64,000 nt of DNA from the human T2T-CHM13v2.0 reference genome, Homo sapiens: the NCBI RefSeq assembly GCF_009914755.1, contig NC_060926.1, one strand, 5' to 3'. The translations under genes were made by a program, and so were the position numbers. Shown in pieces: positions 27,418 through 42,267 of the stretch (within the stretch, counting starts at the first letter, position 1; every line of letters starts with the position of its first letter). Below the pieces are notes generated by a model. That model was given only the letters and a program-made list of their open reading frames with translations. It was not told where the DNA came from and searched no databases.

Positions 27418-27743
27418 CTGTAGTCACTCCTTATCCATGAGGGATATGTTCCAAGACCCCCAGTGGATGCCTGAAACTGTGAGTAGTAGCAACTCCTGCA
27501 TATAAAATGTTTTCTCCCATGCATACAGAACTATGATAAAGTTTAATTTATAAATTAGGCAAAGTAATAAACAATAATGACTACTGATAAAATGAAACAA
27601 TTATTAACATATACCAAAATAAGAGTTATTTGAATGTGGTCTCTCTCTCAAAATATCATATTGTATATAATATTTTCAGACTGCAGTTGACTGCAGGTAA
27701 CTGAAACCACAGAAAGTGAAACTGTGGATGAGGGGAGACTCTG
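27418..27743 (-). mobile_element. MER44A-like Tigger7 MITE
   Basis: TA then ctgtagtcactccttatcc...gttccaagacccccagtggatgcctgaaac; other end gtaactgaaaccacagaaagtgaaactgtggatgagggg. Confidence 0.85.
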
Positions 27744-28949
27744 CATTTTACATTTCCAGAACATCACTTTGGTTCTTTTGTAAATCTGCTTCTATTTCCA
27801 CATCTTAGTTCTTAAATCATTTTAAAATATTTAAAATATATGACTGATAATTCTGATGTCTGAAGTCTTTGCAAGTCTGATTCTACCAGGTTATTTTTTA
27901 TGTCCTTTGTTCTTGATGCTTTATTCCTTCCTGTCTGGAAAGTTTTCCATTTTTCCTTTTATAATTTGAAGCTCTTGACTCATAATTTATTGCCCTCTTC
28001 TTTTGTTCTTTTGTTGCTCATTTCCCACAATGCCATCCTCCTACATAGGGTCAGGGTCCTAGTTGCACTGGTGGGAGGAGTAGGTGCTATGCTCCTTGTA
28101 TTCATTGGTGGTTAGGAAGCACAGCATAGACTGGCCCAGGTCATGTTTGGAAATGACCTTCCAGGGCCTTCATTAATCCTGGGTCATTGAGTAGGTCCTA
28201 AGCTACTCATTTTTCTTGAAACCCTATCAGTGAGAATTATTTGAAAACTAAGATGAATAAGTTCATCCAATGCCACAGACAAACATTCTGCCTCTAGCAG
28301 CAATCTCAGGAGATGCAAAGAGCCTTTTCATCCTTTATTCCTAGGAAAGGAAGCCCAGCTCCAGTCCTGCCAACTGTGCAGAGGGAGCCTGGCTCCAGTC
28401 CTGACAACTCTGGGCATGTTTGCTTCCAGTCCATTGTAGGAGTCAGAGTCCCAGCCTTGTCTCACTGCTCAGTGCTCAATGAAGCTCTGACTGGTGCAAT
28501 AGAGGGAGGGGCTGCCTGGGGCTAGGCAGAGTGAGGAAAAGCAGTGCCAGGGGCCTCAAATCTTAAGTGGCCTCAAATTGGGGCTTGGCAAGGCCCAGTG
28601 TTCCTTCTTTTTCTTATACTGTGTACGACTCCACACAGAACCAGGATGGGAGCCTCTTCAGCTGTCCTTCAGACTACTGAAAAGCCTAGACCTGGGGGAA
28701 GTCTTAAAAGAACTCTCATACCCTGTCTCTATCACCCAAGGGTTTTGAGATGACCACCACTGACCATGGACTGGACCAGAACTTGGACCCAGAAGGTCAG
28801 CCCTGTGTCTTCCCCACCCCTCCAGCTTCAACATGGCAAGCCCTAAACAGGGATTATTCGTAGTAAGCACCACCTCTGAAGCCACCCTGTCTTGGAACCC
28901 AAACCCACAGCACTGCTTGACCTAGGAAATATTTCACAGATTTCTGCCA

Positions 28950-30169
<1,220 letters not shown>

Positions 30170-30577
30170 ACAAAGGGCTATTTTTAAAGTTACATTTTGC
30201 ACCTTGTTCATGAAGAACATTACAAAAAAACAAATGGCTAGCGAACTCTCCCTTAACACTTCAATCCCTTTTTATTATATTCTACATTTCTCAATGTCAA
30301 TTCAATTAGGAGGAAGAATTATGACTCCATTTTAAAGAATCAATGAGAAGACATGTTTTAATGAATAAATATAGTAAAAAAATATGATGTTTAAAACAAC
30401 CTTGTAACTAAGATGTTAAATAGTTCTTTTGAATTGGCAGAACTTGAGAATAGAGTTAAGGACTTTAGGAATTTAGAAATTAAATGGAAATATTACCTGG
30501 TCCAAACCAATTGTTTTAAAGATATGATTAACTTTCAGCTAAACCTCTTTTTTCTTTATGCTTCCAAACCTTTAGAC

Positions 30578-30780
30578 CAAGGTTTTGCAAACTATAGCCC
30601 ACACACCAGCTGTCTGTATTTCTAAGTAAAATTTTGTTGGCATATATCCACACCCATTTGTTTAAATATGTCTGCTTTGGCACTACAAGGGCAGAGTTAA
30701 AAAATCTTGACAGAGAACTTATGGTCTACAAAGCCTGAAATATGTTTCTTACCTTTCAAGAAAACATTATTAGATCCCTG
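30578..30780 (+). mobile_element. MER58A (hAT-Charlie MITE)
   Basis: caaggttttgcaaactatagccc...ccacacccatttgttt...cactacaagggcagagtt...aaagcctgaaatat...ccctg; degenerate 8-bp TSD ctttagac/ttctagat. Confidence 0.8.
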
Positions 30781-32701
30781 TTCTAGATTCAAGGTTTGCT
30801 GGGCTTTTGTATTTAGATAAGTAGTCATCACCAGAGATCACCACTACTAACTTCACTAGTATTTCAAACCAATACCAGCAATCTTTAGTATGCTTATTCT
30901 AAAACTATCTGGTCTAAGATATCTCAGCTTGCATTATAACAAAGGATTCATAACTAGTCTTAATGAAATTCTATATGTGTTAAGTGTTTTATAATTTTTT
31001 TATTTCTCTATGAAAGAAGTGTTAACATCAAACTATAATAATTAGATGTTAAATTTTGTTTATTGGTCACATCATTATAAAACTGTTTGAACAAGCGTTC
31101 AAGATTTTTCTTGGAAAGTTGAGAAGCTTAAGTATTTCCAAGGTAATTATATGCATTATTAGTATTTATTGACAAATCTCTTTTTTAGCATATATTGTAC
31201 AACACAGACCTATGAACAGCCTTCTAAAATGTTTTCAAATTTGACTTCCGCTAAAGAAAATTTCCTATAATCACTTTGTTATTTTTCTTCCAAGGATCTT
31301 AGAAAGTTGCATATATTCATATGAGTCCTTTGTTATACTTCAGTTTCTTTGTATTAGTTAAGTGTGTTTGTTTTCACATGAAATCAGGGGTACACAGACT
31401 AGGCTGTATGGTTAAGGTCAAATAGCAATACGTAGTAGAGCTTAGAACAGGTTAGCTTTATAATTTTTTCAAATGATAACATCCGTTTTGTCAATACAAT
31501 TCTCATTTTTTCAGATGTGCATAATAAAGGTAAAATTTAGTATTTTCGAGTACAAATTGACATTGTCAAGAATATAAATTAATGTTATAGCTAGAGTTTT
31601 ATAGCAACTCATCTTTTACTGTATCCTAATGTTTTTGCAATCTTTTTTTCCTAGAATTATGTCACAGCTAATAAATTGACTTGCGGCAGAATTCATAGCA
31701 TAAAGCCATTTACCCTGTCACAAATGACAATGAATTCCTAAATCAACAGTCCTTAAACTCAATTCAGAAAATAGACTAATGAAAGTAAAGTCATTACAAG
31801 ATGAGCCATTAAGTTAAAGCATTAGAATAATCTCACCTACTTCTGGTTTTTTGAAGATTCAAGTCCACATGTGTAAATGGACATTTTGCTTCCCAGGCCA
31901 CAAATATGAAATGGTGCATAAGAAACTGCCTCACTGGGTTAGATCAGGATTTAGCTTTTCTAATAATATCACTAGCAGAATGTGGGGCAGAAAAGTTGCC
32001 ATTTAGAATGGTGATTCAAAAGATCAAAAGCGGAAATGATTATTTAAAACTCTCAATCTGTTGGAATTTTGAGTCAGAACAGGTCTTGTGAATATAAGTT
32101 CCATGTGTTTACTACCTACAGTGAAAAATACGTGGTTACTCTATAGAGTTACAAAACCACTGCTTTAAATTCTAGGAGGTCCCCTCTAATATTATGGGCT
32201 TAATAAAAAAAATAGATGTTTACTCTACCCTTTCATTCATTTTTCATATTTCAGAGCTAAAATTCCATTTGGAGATGCTCAAATTAGTTCCTCTTATTTT
32301 TCAGAGAAAACTTAGTCCCATAGAAGTCAGTGACTTTGTCTAAGTATCAGAGAATAGTGATATATTTGTTCTCTACTGAAATATTCTTATAACTCTTAAG
32401 CCTGCCTACTCGTGTTTCAAATTGCTTCTCAAGGATTTCCTTGAGTTATAATTTATTCAATAACAAATAAGTGTTGAAAATGTAGTAGTTGCTTTTATGG
32501 AGTTTATGTTTTAGGAAGGAATAACAAAGAATAAACTATAAAACTAACAAATAATATAAATTATATATGTATAATACACATAATTGTATAGTATGTATAT
32601 ATAGTATGTAAAGAAACATATATATGTAACTTGTATATTATATAAAGAGATGATAAATTCTATGCAAGAACTGCTATAGGGTAAAGAATATGTACAATTG
32701 A

Positions 32702-32781
32702 TTAGGTTGATGCAAATGCAATTGCGGTTTTTGTCATTGCTTTCAATGACAAGAACCACAATTAATTTTGCACCAGCCTAA
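32702..32781. mobile_element. MADE1 (Hsmar1-derived palindromic MITE)
   Basis: ttaggttgatgcaaatgcaattgcggtttttgtcattgctttcaatgacaagaaccacaattaattttgcaccagcctaa followed by TA. Confidence 0.9.
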
Positions 32782-32849
32782 TAAAATGAGAGTATGCTTT
32801 ATTGGCAAAATGAGAAAATATTTTTCTTGAGAAAATGCGTTGCTTTAGA

Positions 32850-33250
32850 AAATACATGGAGAAGTTGAGACAATTAGAAATGCAGGTATTTATGCCACAA
32901 TGCAAGGTGATGGGGGGAGGCATTTAGCTCCTTGGAGCATTAGCAAGGAAGCCAGTATGGCTGGAGTGAGTAAGCTAATGGAGAGTAGTGGGAAAAGAAT
33001 CCAGAGAAATTATGAAAGTTCACATCATGTAGGGTCCAATAAGCCATTGTAAAAAATTTGGCCATTACCTGTAGGAAATGCGTGGATTTGAACACAGTAG
33101 TTACATGACCTACCTGACATATTTTTAAAGGTTCACTCTTGCTGCAGCATTGAGAACAGACTGTAGAGTGTAGAAAGTAAAATCAGAAGCAGAAAGACCT
33201 TTTAGGAGCTTACTGCAATAGTACAGGAGAGACATAATGGTGACAAAGAT
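32850..33250 (-). mobile_element. L2 fragment
   Basis: agcaaggaagccagtatggctggagtgag; catcatgtagggtcc...agccattgtaa; aaaggttcactcttgctgcag. Confidence 0.7.
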
Positions 33251-33764
33251 TGTAGACATTTTTAAAATGTTTTTAATGTTAAGAACAGATAAGAGCAATA
33301 ACAGTGTATTCAGTCGTTCAGATGATACTTAAATCTTTGTCAGCAAAGCTTAATGGCCATAACGATTGAGTTTTAGATTCTAAGATCAGGCATTCTTGGG
33401 TTTACTGTCTCGATGATTGTGTGACCTTGAACACACTGACTTCTATGTATCTTGGTTTTTACATTCCTGAAATTGGGATGTTACGATATAATAGTTTTGT
33501 GAATCTGCCTTTTCAATTCTGGTCTGTCCTTTAAGTTCTAGTTCTGTATTTCTAAAATTCTTATTGACTCCTGAAATTGTTTATGCCACAAAAGTTGAAG
33601 ATCTACATGTGCAAATTAAAAAAGCGCATACTATGAAAAATAGTGGAAAAGATAGACCTAATATCCTAATAGAAAAGAAACATGAAAAAGAAAAAAAAAT
33701 TGTTTGGACTACAAGAAAGCAAGAAAGTGACATGATTAAAAAAATCATGAAAGTTTTCTATTTC

Positions 33765-34122
33765 TCAGAGGCTTCCTGGAGAGACCAGGAAGATGAGAGT
33801 CACTGACATGTGGAACAAATGTTAACAAATGAGAGACAGGAGTTCACTCAGATCCAGTAGATAAATTGATTCCTACTCTTATTCCAGAGAGTACTGCAGA
33901 CTCACTGACTTCTTGGGAAAGTCTTAAGTGACCAGGGAAGTAGAAGTGTTTTATTATATAACCAGAGCCAGCTCACTTACAGACACTTTAAATTGGCTTT
34001 ATCTATTTTCCTTCCTTACTTATGATTTTCCTTCCCTCTTGCTTCTTTTAGATTATACTCTCCCCAAAAAATTGGTAAATAAGATTATTTCAGGCTCTAA
34101 GGAATTCAGACTATTAATACAC
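33765..34122 (+). mobile_element. LTR16-like ERVL LTR remnant
   Basis: ttaacaaatgagagacaggag...gtagataaatt; pyrimidine-rich block; ends aggaattcagactattaataca. Confidence 0.45.
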
Positions 34123-34266
34123 TGACCATTGAAACATTTAATTGTTTCTTATTTTAATGAGCACAAACACTGGGATCTTTCACGTGACTCTGTAGTCATG
34201 TAATGCCTGGCATCTGCTACTCATTTAAGAACATTCTCCTTGTTCTTAAAGTTCTGCGTACTCTGA

Positions 34267-34605
34267 TTTTTTCTTTTTTCTTTCTTTCTTTCTTTCTTTC
34301 TTTCTTTTTTTTTTTTTTTTTTTGAGACTGCGTCTCACTCTGTCGCCCAGGCTGGAGTGCAGTGGCATGATCTAGGCTCACTGCAAGCTCCGCCTCCCCG
34401 GTTCATGCCATTCTCCGACCTCAGCCTCCCAAGTAGCTGGGACTACAGGCACCCGCCACCACGCCCGGCTAATTTTTTTGTATCTTTAGTAGAGATGGGG
34501 TTTCACCGTGTTAGCCAGGATTATTTCGATCTCCTTACCTCATGGTCTGCCCGTCTCAGCCTCCCAAAGTGCGGGGATTACAGGCGTGAGCTGTCGCTCC
34601 CGGGC
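34267..34605 (-). mobile_element. Alu, full length (AluY-like) with (TTTC)n/poly-T tail
   Basis: ctgcaagctccgcctccccggttcatgccattctcc and tttcaccgtgttagccagga diagnostics. Confidence 0.97.
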
Positions 34606-34689
34606 TTCTTTTCTTTTTTTTAGTATTTCAAGTTCTTTCAAACCCCAGAAGCTTTATAGCAATTTCTGTGCACTGCTTACCCGACTTTA

Positions 34690-35032
34690 ACCTTCCTACC
34701 GCTATAATTTATATTCATTCTTCAGGTCTCAGCTTAAATTTCACTTGTTGAGGGTTTCCTTTATCCTCTATGTCTAGATAAAATTTCCTTGATATACTCT
34801 CATATTATTCTGTACATATCATTCACAAATCTCCATCTAATTCTAAATAAATAATCTGTGATGCAACTATTTATCTGTTTAATGTCTGGTACCGAACTCA
34901 CCCAACTGTAAACTCTATGAAGGAAGATATAATATCTTTTTTCCTTTTTCAGTAGTAAACTCAGTGTTTACCAAAGTCTAACAAGTAGTATACATTCCAT
35001 GAATATTTAATAAGTGAACAAGTGAGTAAATA
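34690..35032 (+). mobile_element. L2 3' end
   Basis: ttcattcttcaggtctcagcttaaa; actgtaaactctatgaagg; terminal aatatttaataagtgaacaagtgagtaaataa. Confidence 0.65.
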
Positions 35033-35353
35033 ACTCAAAAATAAAACTAAAAACTAAAAAAATCTTCTTCATATTTTAAAAGTGATGTGACTTGACAAAT
35101 TATTTAATGACAATGGTGCTTGAAGTGTTATGTAGTAAAAAAGCACAAGAAAATAGACCTCTGTAAGAACTGTGGCATAACTTGGAGAAAGTGTCTGTTT
35201 AAAGGTCTGTTAATGCTTCAGTAATAGGGCCCAAAGGGATATTACTCTACTGGTTTTGTCATTTCTTAATTAGAAAATAAAGCTTTTCTTTCCAAATTCA
35301 TTAAAGCAAGACAGATTTATGTATCTTAGATGAGTTTGTGAAACATACATGCA

Positions 35354-35698
35354 AAGTTATGTACCACATAATGATGTTTCAGTCAATAATGGACCACATA
35401 TACACTGGTGGTCTCAAGATTATAACATCATAGTTTCACTGTGCCCTTTTTATGTTTAAATATGTTTAGATACACAAATGCTTACTATTGTGTTACAATT
35501 TCCTATAGTATTCAATACGTAAGTTGTTGCGCAGGTTTGCAGCCTAGGAGCAATGGGCTGCACCATACAGCGTAGATGTGTAGTAGGCTACACCATCTAG
35601 GTTTGTATAAGTCAATTCTATGATGTTTGCACAATGACAGAATTGTCTAATGATGCATTCTCAAAATATTGCTGCATGCATTAAGTGATGCATGACTG
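35354..35698 (+). mobile_element. Tigger3a (MER7A)-like MITE
   Basis: cataatgatgtttcagtcaataatggaccacatatac; caggtttgcagcctaggagcaat; ends ttaagtgatgcatgactg followed by TA. Confidence 0.85.
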
Positions 35699-36108
35699 TA
35701 TTTAAAATATATCTTGACTTTTGTCTCATATGCCAAATCTGAAATGTTTATTAATTCAATTATAGTTTTAAAAAATAGTGAGTGTATTACACAGAAGAAT
35801 TAGGAAATAATTTTTCAGGTTAGCAACGAATTTTGCTTGGGTTTTCTCCATCAATTTTCAAAAAGAAGAATTGAAAGAAACATAGAATAAACAATATCAG
35901 TTATTATACGAAGGGAGATTAAATATCTGAGAAAAAAGTGATTTGTAAAAAATCAATATTTTGTCTCCTATTTTCAATTTTGATTTTATTTTTGATAGGC
36001 AGGTTTTCACTTTGTCACCTGGATGAGAATACTAGGATAACGTGGCAAGGAAAATATTGCTATAGATTAAAAAAAAATAATGTGATCAATGTACAATAGA
36101 AAAACAGT

Positions 36109-36700
36109 ATGATGGGTAGAATTTTAAAATGGCCACCAATCGCCCTCACCCTTTTATACTCCCCTCTCGTGAAATGTGGACAGAACCTGTGAAAATGCTG
36201 TGTTATCACTATCAGGATTATATAGTTGCAGATGTCATCAATGTAACAAATCAGTTGATTTGGGAATCAATAAAAAGGGTGATTCTGACATAATCACATA
36301 AGCCTTTTAAGCAGATGGGTTGTTTTTGTTTCTGTTTGTTTGTCCAGCTAAACTCAGAAGAGAAAAGCAAACAGTCATATTGCAAACAACCTACACAGAG
36401 AGGTGGCCTCTAGTTTCTGAATGAAGTCTCCAGCTGAGGGCTAGTAATAAAACAAGGACCTCAGTCATACAACCACAAGGAACTAAATGAACCTGAACAA
36501 GGACGCAGGGCCTCAGATGAAAATTGTATCCCCAGCTAGCTAAAATATTGATTACAGCCTTGAGAGTTCTGAGACAGAAAGTTGTTTCCAACTAAGATAT
36601 GTCTAAATTCCTAATTCATGGAGACTGTAAGATAATACATGTATGTTGCTTTTACTTCCTATGTTTATAGTGGTGTGCAGCAGTATAAAGTAATCTAGGT
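36109..36700 (+). mobile_element. MLT1E-like MaLR solo LTR
   Basis: gtagaattttaaaatggcc; aatcagttgattt; ggacctcagtcatacaaccacaaggaactaaat. Confidence 0.75.
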
Positions 36701-38366
36701 AGTATACTCTATTTTCTTTTGTCTTTTACTTTTTTCCTAACAAGCAAGCAATATTTTAAGTATTTCAAGCTAGTTAACATCTTATGCCCTGGGCATATAC
36801 TTTGCATATCAGAAAATATAGTAGGCAATGACAAAAGCCAGCTGAAGAAATGAGAATGTATTCTGTAGATTTCTTCCTCAGTGCCATGAGTACAGTTTAT
36901 TGTCCTTATCTGCCACTTTATTTAAGAACATTTTCTGAGAATCTATGACGTATCAAGTGGTAAGTAGAGAATTGGGGGAAAAAATGGAAAGTCATGGTCA
37001 TTATCCTCAAGAATCTTAAACTTCAACAGAAAAAGATGGAAAAATTAACCAGGGTTGCAGAAAGACTTGCAGATTAGCTTGAGAAACTCTTTAACAACCT
37101 ACATCATTCAATGAAATTGAACACTCAACGGATTAAGTATTTTAAAAGAGAAAACAATCCTCCTTCGTTTGTATTATAAAATTACATAGAAATATGAAAT
37201 TGGCTCATCATTCCATCTCCCAAGTCTCCTTTTCAATGTCACACATCCTCAAAAATCTGAGATTTTCCTCTCAGGATGAGTATAATTGGTGATTAATATG
37301 GTGTTAACTATTCATCTTCATTCATGACTCAGCTGCTGAATGCTACGTTTTAGGAGCCTGGACTGTTCTCATAGGAAATAGTCTTGGAGATAGAGATGTA
37401 TCTTAAAGGATCACATGAGCACCCTCAGAATGCCCACCCACAAGAAAAGGCTAATCCTTTCACTGCGGCTCAGCAGAAGCAAACCTACTTCTAACTAGTT
37501 CATTCTTCTTCAAATTATTCCATTAGCTAGTCAGAGGATTATCTTTCACAGTTGGTTCCCCCAATATACAATCAACAGTAGTAGGAGTTTAATGATTGTT
37601 TAGACAGGACAAGGAGTTAATTTGTATTACTGAATATTCTTGAGGCTATCTTTTGCTGTCCCATCAAGCTATCTCAGATTTATTGTACACCAAAACATCC
37701 TCACTGTATACATTAAACCTAGTCCATGTGATTTTAATTCCTTTAATTTCTCAAGAAATTATATTTATAACAGTATTCTTTGGAAATGATCCCATACAGT
37801 ATAAATCTATGTTTTTCTCATCTCTTCATGATGCCTGGCAGAGGTGGTTAAAAAAGAAATGGAGTTATAGAGGCCTGTTGGTATCCTATGAGGACATCAA
37901 CTTTCAGTGAGACAGTACTCCCTTCTGTAATAAGCTTTAAAGTAGGTAGCTCACTTATGCAAAAGAGAAAAAAATCTTTTCTGAGATCATATCCCACCAC
38001 TCATAAGGTTCAGTGCTTGTGTAGCAAAAGAAATGTGGGCCAGATTTTAGGACATACCTGCACTAGTCTTGGTGGAAGCCCCAGACAGAGAAGAAACCAA
38101 AAACACTTCATAGAGAAGATGGTATTTTAATTTAGTCAAGAAAGTTAAGTAGTAATTTGGATGAGGGAAATAGAAAACCCATGGTCTAGAAAAAGAAAAA
38201 AAAAGTCCAGATGTTTGGAGGTTTGAGAGAGTTAATTACATTCTTAAACTTGGGAAAATGTTAGTTGACTCTGGCTAGAACAGATGGTTTTTCTGGGGTA
38301 ATGGTAAGATATGAGGTAAGATGCATGCGGCAGGGTCATAGCTTGGGCAAATCTGTCACTTGGGAC

Positions 38367-38367
38367 A

Positions 38368-38406
<39 letters not shown>

Positions 38407-38442
38407 GTATATATATATATGTATATATATATGTATATATAT
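38367..38442. repeat. (TA)n microsatellite with periodic TG interruptions
   Basis: Directly visible, 76 bp. Confidence 0.97.
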
Positions 38443-39404
38443 CAGTAAACATGCAGATATTCTGGATAGTCATACAATAACAGCTAATTTGCATATATAA
38501 TCAGAGTATCTGCTGTGGTATAGTGAGAAGGAACACTAAGGAAGGAAGGAATTCCAAGTACTAATTTCAACAACCAGAATGGACAGACAATTTTTAATAG
38601 AACGTGTTCACAGTTACCCTAATTGTTGATGCCTGAATTCCAAAGAAAGGGATTATGATATGAAACATGAAAAAAAAAAAAACTAAACTAGGCACATATA
38701 GAATTAGCAGACTCAGCATCACTGGCACTGGCAACGATAGGTTGTCATAATCCTTTTCAAGATTATGAGCCTAAGAGGAAATATCCCAACATGGAGGGAG
38801 AGAAGTGGAATATGTTAGATACCACATGGCAATTGATGGGAGTATGCTCAACAGAACAAGGGAAGTGTGATTTGGGGACTCTGGGAAGTAGTTATCACAG
38901 ATAGATCCCTATGAGAAAGCTGAGATCTAGTCAAAGAAATTCTAGTTTGTAACTGTGGTCTTGATTGCACCTGCAAATCACTATGGCCAGGGGAAACACG
39001 TGCCTGATTCGGACCAGAAAGTTCTTCAGAATCTCCAAGTATTTCATATTAGCTGTAATATATTCCAGGTAACGGAGATTCTTCTGATGATATATAAATA
39101 ATATATTCATTTTTAGGTTTTTCAAATCAAAATATGAGAACTTTATTAAGGAATATTAAGGAGATGGGATAAGATTTTGTGTCAAGGTCATGATGTTAAT
39201 AGAAACTGTAGTCCTATAGAATATGAGCAAATTTATTATGAGCTCTTTTATGCCATTTATTGACAATTTTGTTTAGTATTAGATGTTGAACAGAATAGAA
39301 ATACAGCTAGTATTCCTGTGGTAGATGTAATAGGTCATGTCCTTAGTCTTAGGCAAAAATGATGCATTTCCTCAAGACTGACATTGCTTATTGAATTATA
39401 CGAT

Positions 39405-39578
39405 ACAGGTTTTCAGCCTACCTATATCACAGTCATCTAAGTTGCATACTAAATTACAGATTTCTGCTTCACAAACCAGTGTACATGAATTAGACGTGCT
39501 GGGAATAATTTCAGAAAATCCTATTTGAAACAATCCCCTCAAGTAATTTTTTTAACGAGCATAAGTTTTGAACCATGA
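39405..39578. mobile_element. MER5A-like hAT MITE, degenerate
   Basis: ttttcagcct...tacagatttctg...tttgaaacaatcccctcaagtaatt...aagttttgaaccatg. Confidence 0.5.
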
Positions 39579-39869
39579 ACTAAGCTAAAAATTCCATGCA
39601 AGTTGGAGAGGGAATGTCATGTCTCTCAGGTTTACTAGTATTTCTCTAAATACTAGCATATGCTGTCTATTCAAACATATTTGTTCAGGGAATTCGTACA
39701 ATCAATAGAACAAGAAAAGTAAGTGATATCTTTTTGCCTAGACTCTTTCCAAATATACAGAGTAAGACTTGGAAGACCTGCAGATATACAAATGCACAAA
39801 TTCATTTATTCATACCAACTTTGTATTTTTCAAGGCCACTGCTATGTCTTCCTAGTTATAAAATAAAAA

Positions 39870-40520
39870 CTTTGAAATGGCAACAAGATAATGTTGGCTT
39901 TTAGAAAGTTGGCAAAACTTAAAATGAAACAGTTTTTAGTGAGTTTGTGAGAAAACCCTTCTTTCTTACATGGTTATTCCAAAGGGCAATCTGGAAATAA
40001 TAATCAAAAGTGAAAAAATGCACATCCTTTGAATTACTTATTCCATTTATGGAAATTAGACATAATTGAACAAGTATGCAAAGGTGTAGATACAAGGATT
40101 CCAGTGCATAATTGTCTATAATAGGAACAAATCAGAAATAACCTAAGTTCCGAATAAGGGTATATTGGAGAAATGGATAATGATACATTCATAATTCTGA
40201 AAAGTTTAGAGTTACTACAAAAATAACAGATTGTATTCTGATATAGATTTATAATAACTGTTCATTTTTTTGTAAAAATGTTACTGACTGGCATATATAG
40301 CATAACACAATGTACAAAATATATATTTTAAATGTTCATGGTCTTTATATTTACAGAAAATACCTGAAAGCCTACAATAAATCTGGTAATAACAGTTATC
40401 TCTGTTGAATGTGATTGCTAGTGACCAAGATAGGTACATTTACATTTTACTACTTTTATAATTATTTGATTTTTTATCTTCAGGCATATATTACTTTTAT
40501 AATAGCAAATTAATACATTG
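39870..40520 (+). mobile_element. L1ME-like 3' end, degenerate
   Basis: gggcaatctggaaata; aaatgcacatcctttga; aatcagaaataacctaag; taacagttatctctg. Confidence 0.6.
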
Positions 40521-41350
40521 TTTTGATGATGTATACCAATATGTACAGGAACCCCAACATTTTACCATAGATAGCTTTTAGATGTGGAAAGAGATTTATA
40601 ATAAAAATAATTCCCTATATAACACTGTGAGAAAAGTAAGGTAAAAAGACAGCATTTTTTCCTATGTCTAAGATATAAGTATGTGAATATAGGTGGTGAT
40701 ATAGAAAACTATTGATAAATATATGCAAAATATTAATAGCAATTTATTTTGGGTAATGGGGTGCCAGTAATTTTCACTTTGTTTATATTTCTTTTGATTC
40801 CTAAATCTATGAAGATAAATTAATGGGACATTCTCATTTTGTTTTAAATAATTGATTTAAAGTATTTGTATATTTATAATACTCTTCACTTCTAAATTGA
40901 TCTAGTCTATTTTCATAAGGACAAAAAATTCATCTGCTGTTTTATTTTAAAACTCCAGGTATAGCTAGATGAATATTAAATTTACATCAATTAACACTTA
41001 AACTATTAATTGAAATCCAGTTAAATTTACTTATTTTTAGAAATTAAATATATTTCATATAATTTATATCCTAAATAAATATTAACAAAAATGCGTAACA
41101 TTTTCTATTACTCAATTTTAATATTATTTGTCAATTAGATTTATTTCTGTCATAATCATTAAAAGCTAATGCATTTTAGTATTCTAATACAATTTTGTTT
41201 CAAGCCAATGCTGAAATACACAATTGATTCTCTCACTGGTTTTCTCATCATTCAGTGGGTCAAATAGTTAACTAGAGTAGAATCACTCTTAATTGCTATC
41301 ATCTGTCGGTAGTTAACCCACCCAGATTTTCCAAGGCTACTGTCAGATTC

Positions 41351-42267
41351 TTTTTTTTTTTTTTTTTTTTTAATTTTTTTTTTTTTTTTTTTTTATACTC
41401 TAAGTTTTAGGGAACATGTGCACATTGTGCAGGTTAGTTACATATGTATACATGTGCCATGCTGGTGCGCTGCACCCACTAACGTGTCATCTAGCATTAG
41501 GTATATCTCCCAATGCTATCCCTCCCCCCTCCCCCGACCCCACCACAGTCCCCAGAGTGTGATATTCCCCTTCCTGTGTCCATGTGATCTCATTGTTCAA
41601 TTCCCACCTATGAGTGAGAATATGCAGTGTTTGGTTTTTTGTTCTTGCGATAGTTTACTGAGAATGATGGTTTCCAATTTCATCCATGTCCCTACAAAGG
41701 ACATGAACTCATCATTTTTTATGGCTGCATAGTATTCCATGGTGTATATGTGCCACATTTTCTTAATCCAGTCTATCATTGTTGGACATTTGGGTTGGTT
41801 CCAAGTCTTTGCTATTGTGAATAGTGCCGCAATAAACATACGTGTGCATGTGTCTTTATAGCAGCATGATTTATAGTCCTTTGGGTATATACCCAGTAAT
41901 GGGATGGCTGGGTCAAATGGTATTTCTAGTTCTAGATCCCTGAGGAATGGCCACACTGACTTCCACAATGGTTGAACTAGTTTACAATCCCACCAACAGT
42001 GTAAAAGTGTTCCTATTTCTCCACATCCTCTCCAGCACCTGTTGTTTCCTGACTTTTTAATGATTGCCATTCTAACTGGTGTGAGATGATATCTCATAGT
42101 GGTTTTGATTTGCATTTCTCTGATGGCCAGTGATGATGAGCATTTCTTCATGTGTTTTTTGGCTGCATAAATGTCTTCTTTTGAGAAGTGTCTGTTCATG
42201 TCCTTCGCCCACTTTTTGATGGGGTTGTTTGTTTTTTTCTTGTAAATTTGTTTGAGTTCATTGTAGA
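41351..42267 (-). mobile_element. L1HS pre-Ta, 5'-truncated (about 0.9 kb), long poly(A)
   Basis: Open ORF2 C-terminus 41597-42199 ([18 protein letters not shown]...FSLIGGN); 3'UTR reads tagatgacACGttagtggg (41483-41485) and aaacttaGagtataa (41400); about 44-nt T tract. Confidence 0.95.

Larger units (their letters stand above)
25764..27950 (-). mobile_element. Very old L1M/HAL1-like ORF1 region split by nested insertions
   Basis: gtctgctggtgacagaatcc; tctctctaattttaagatctttttcttggtc-type motif; cttcttgaatctgtgg; resumes after each nested element. Confidence 0.55.

Noticed and set aside
38931-39125. Short ORF and donor-like cag|gtaacg in unique DNA
   Set aside because: No recognisable protein similarity and no supportable exon chain.
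41597-42199. 200-aa ORF as a functional gene
   Set aside because: C-terminal fragment of L1 ORF2 in a promoterless 5'-truncated copy.
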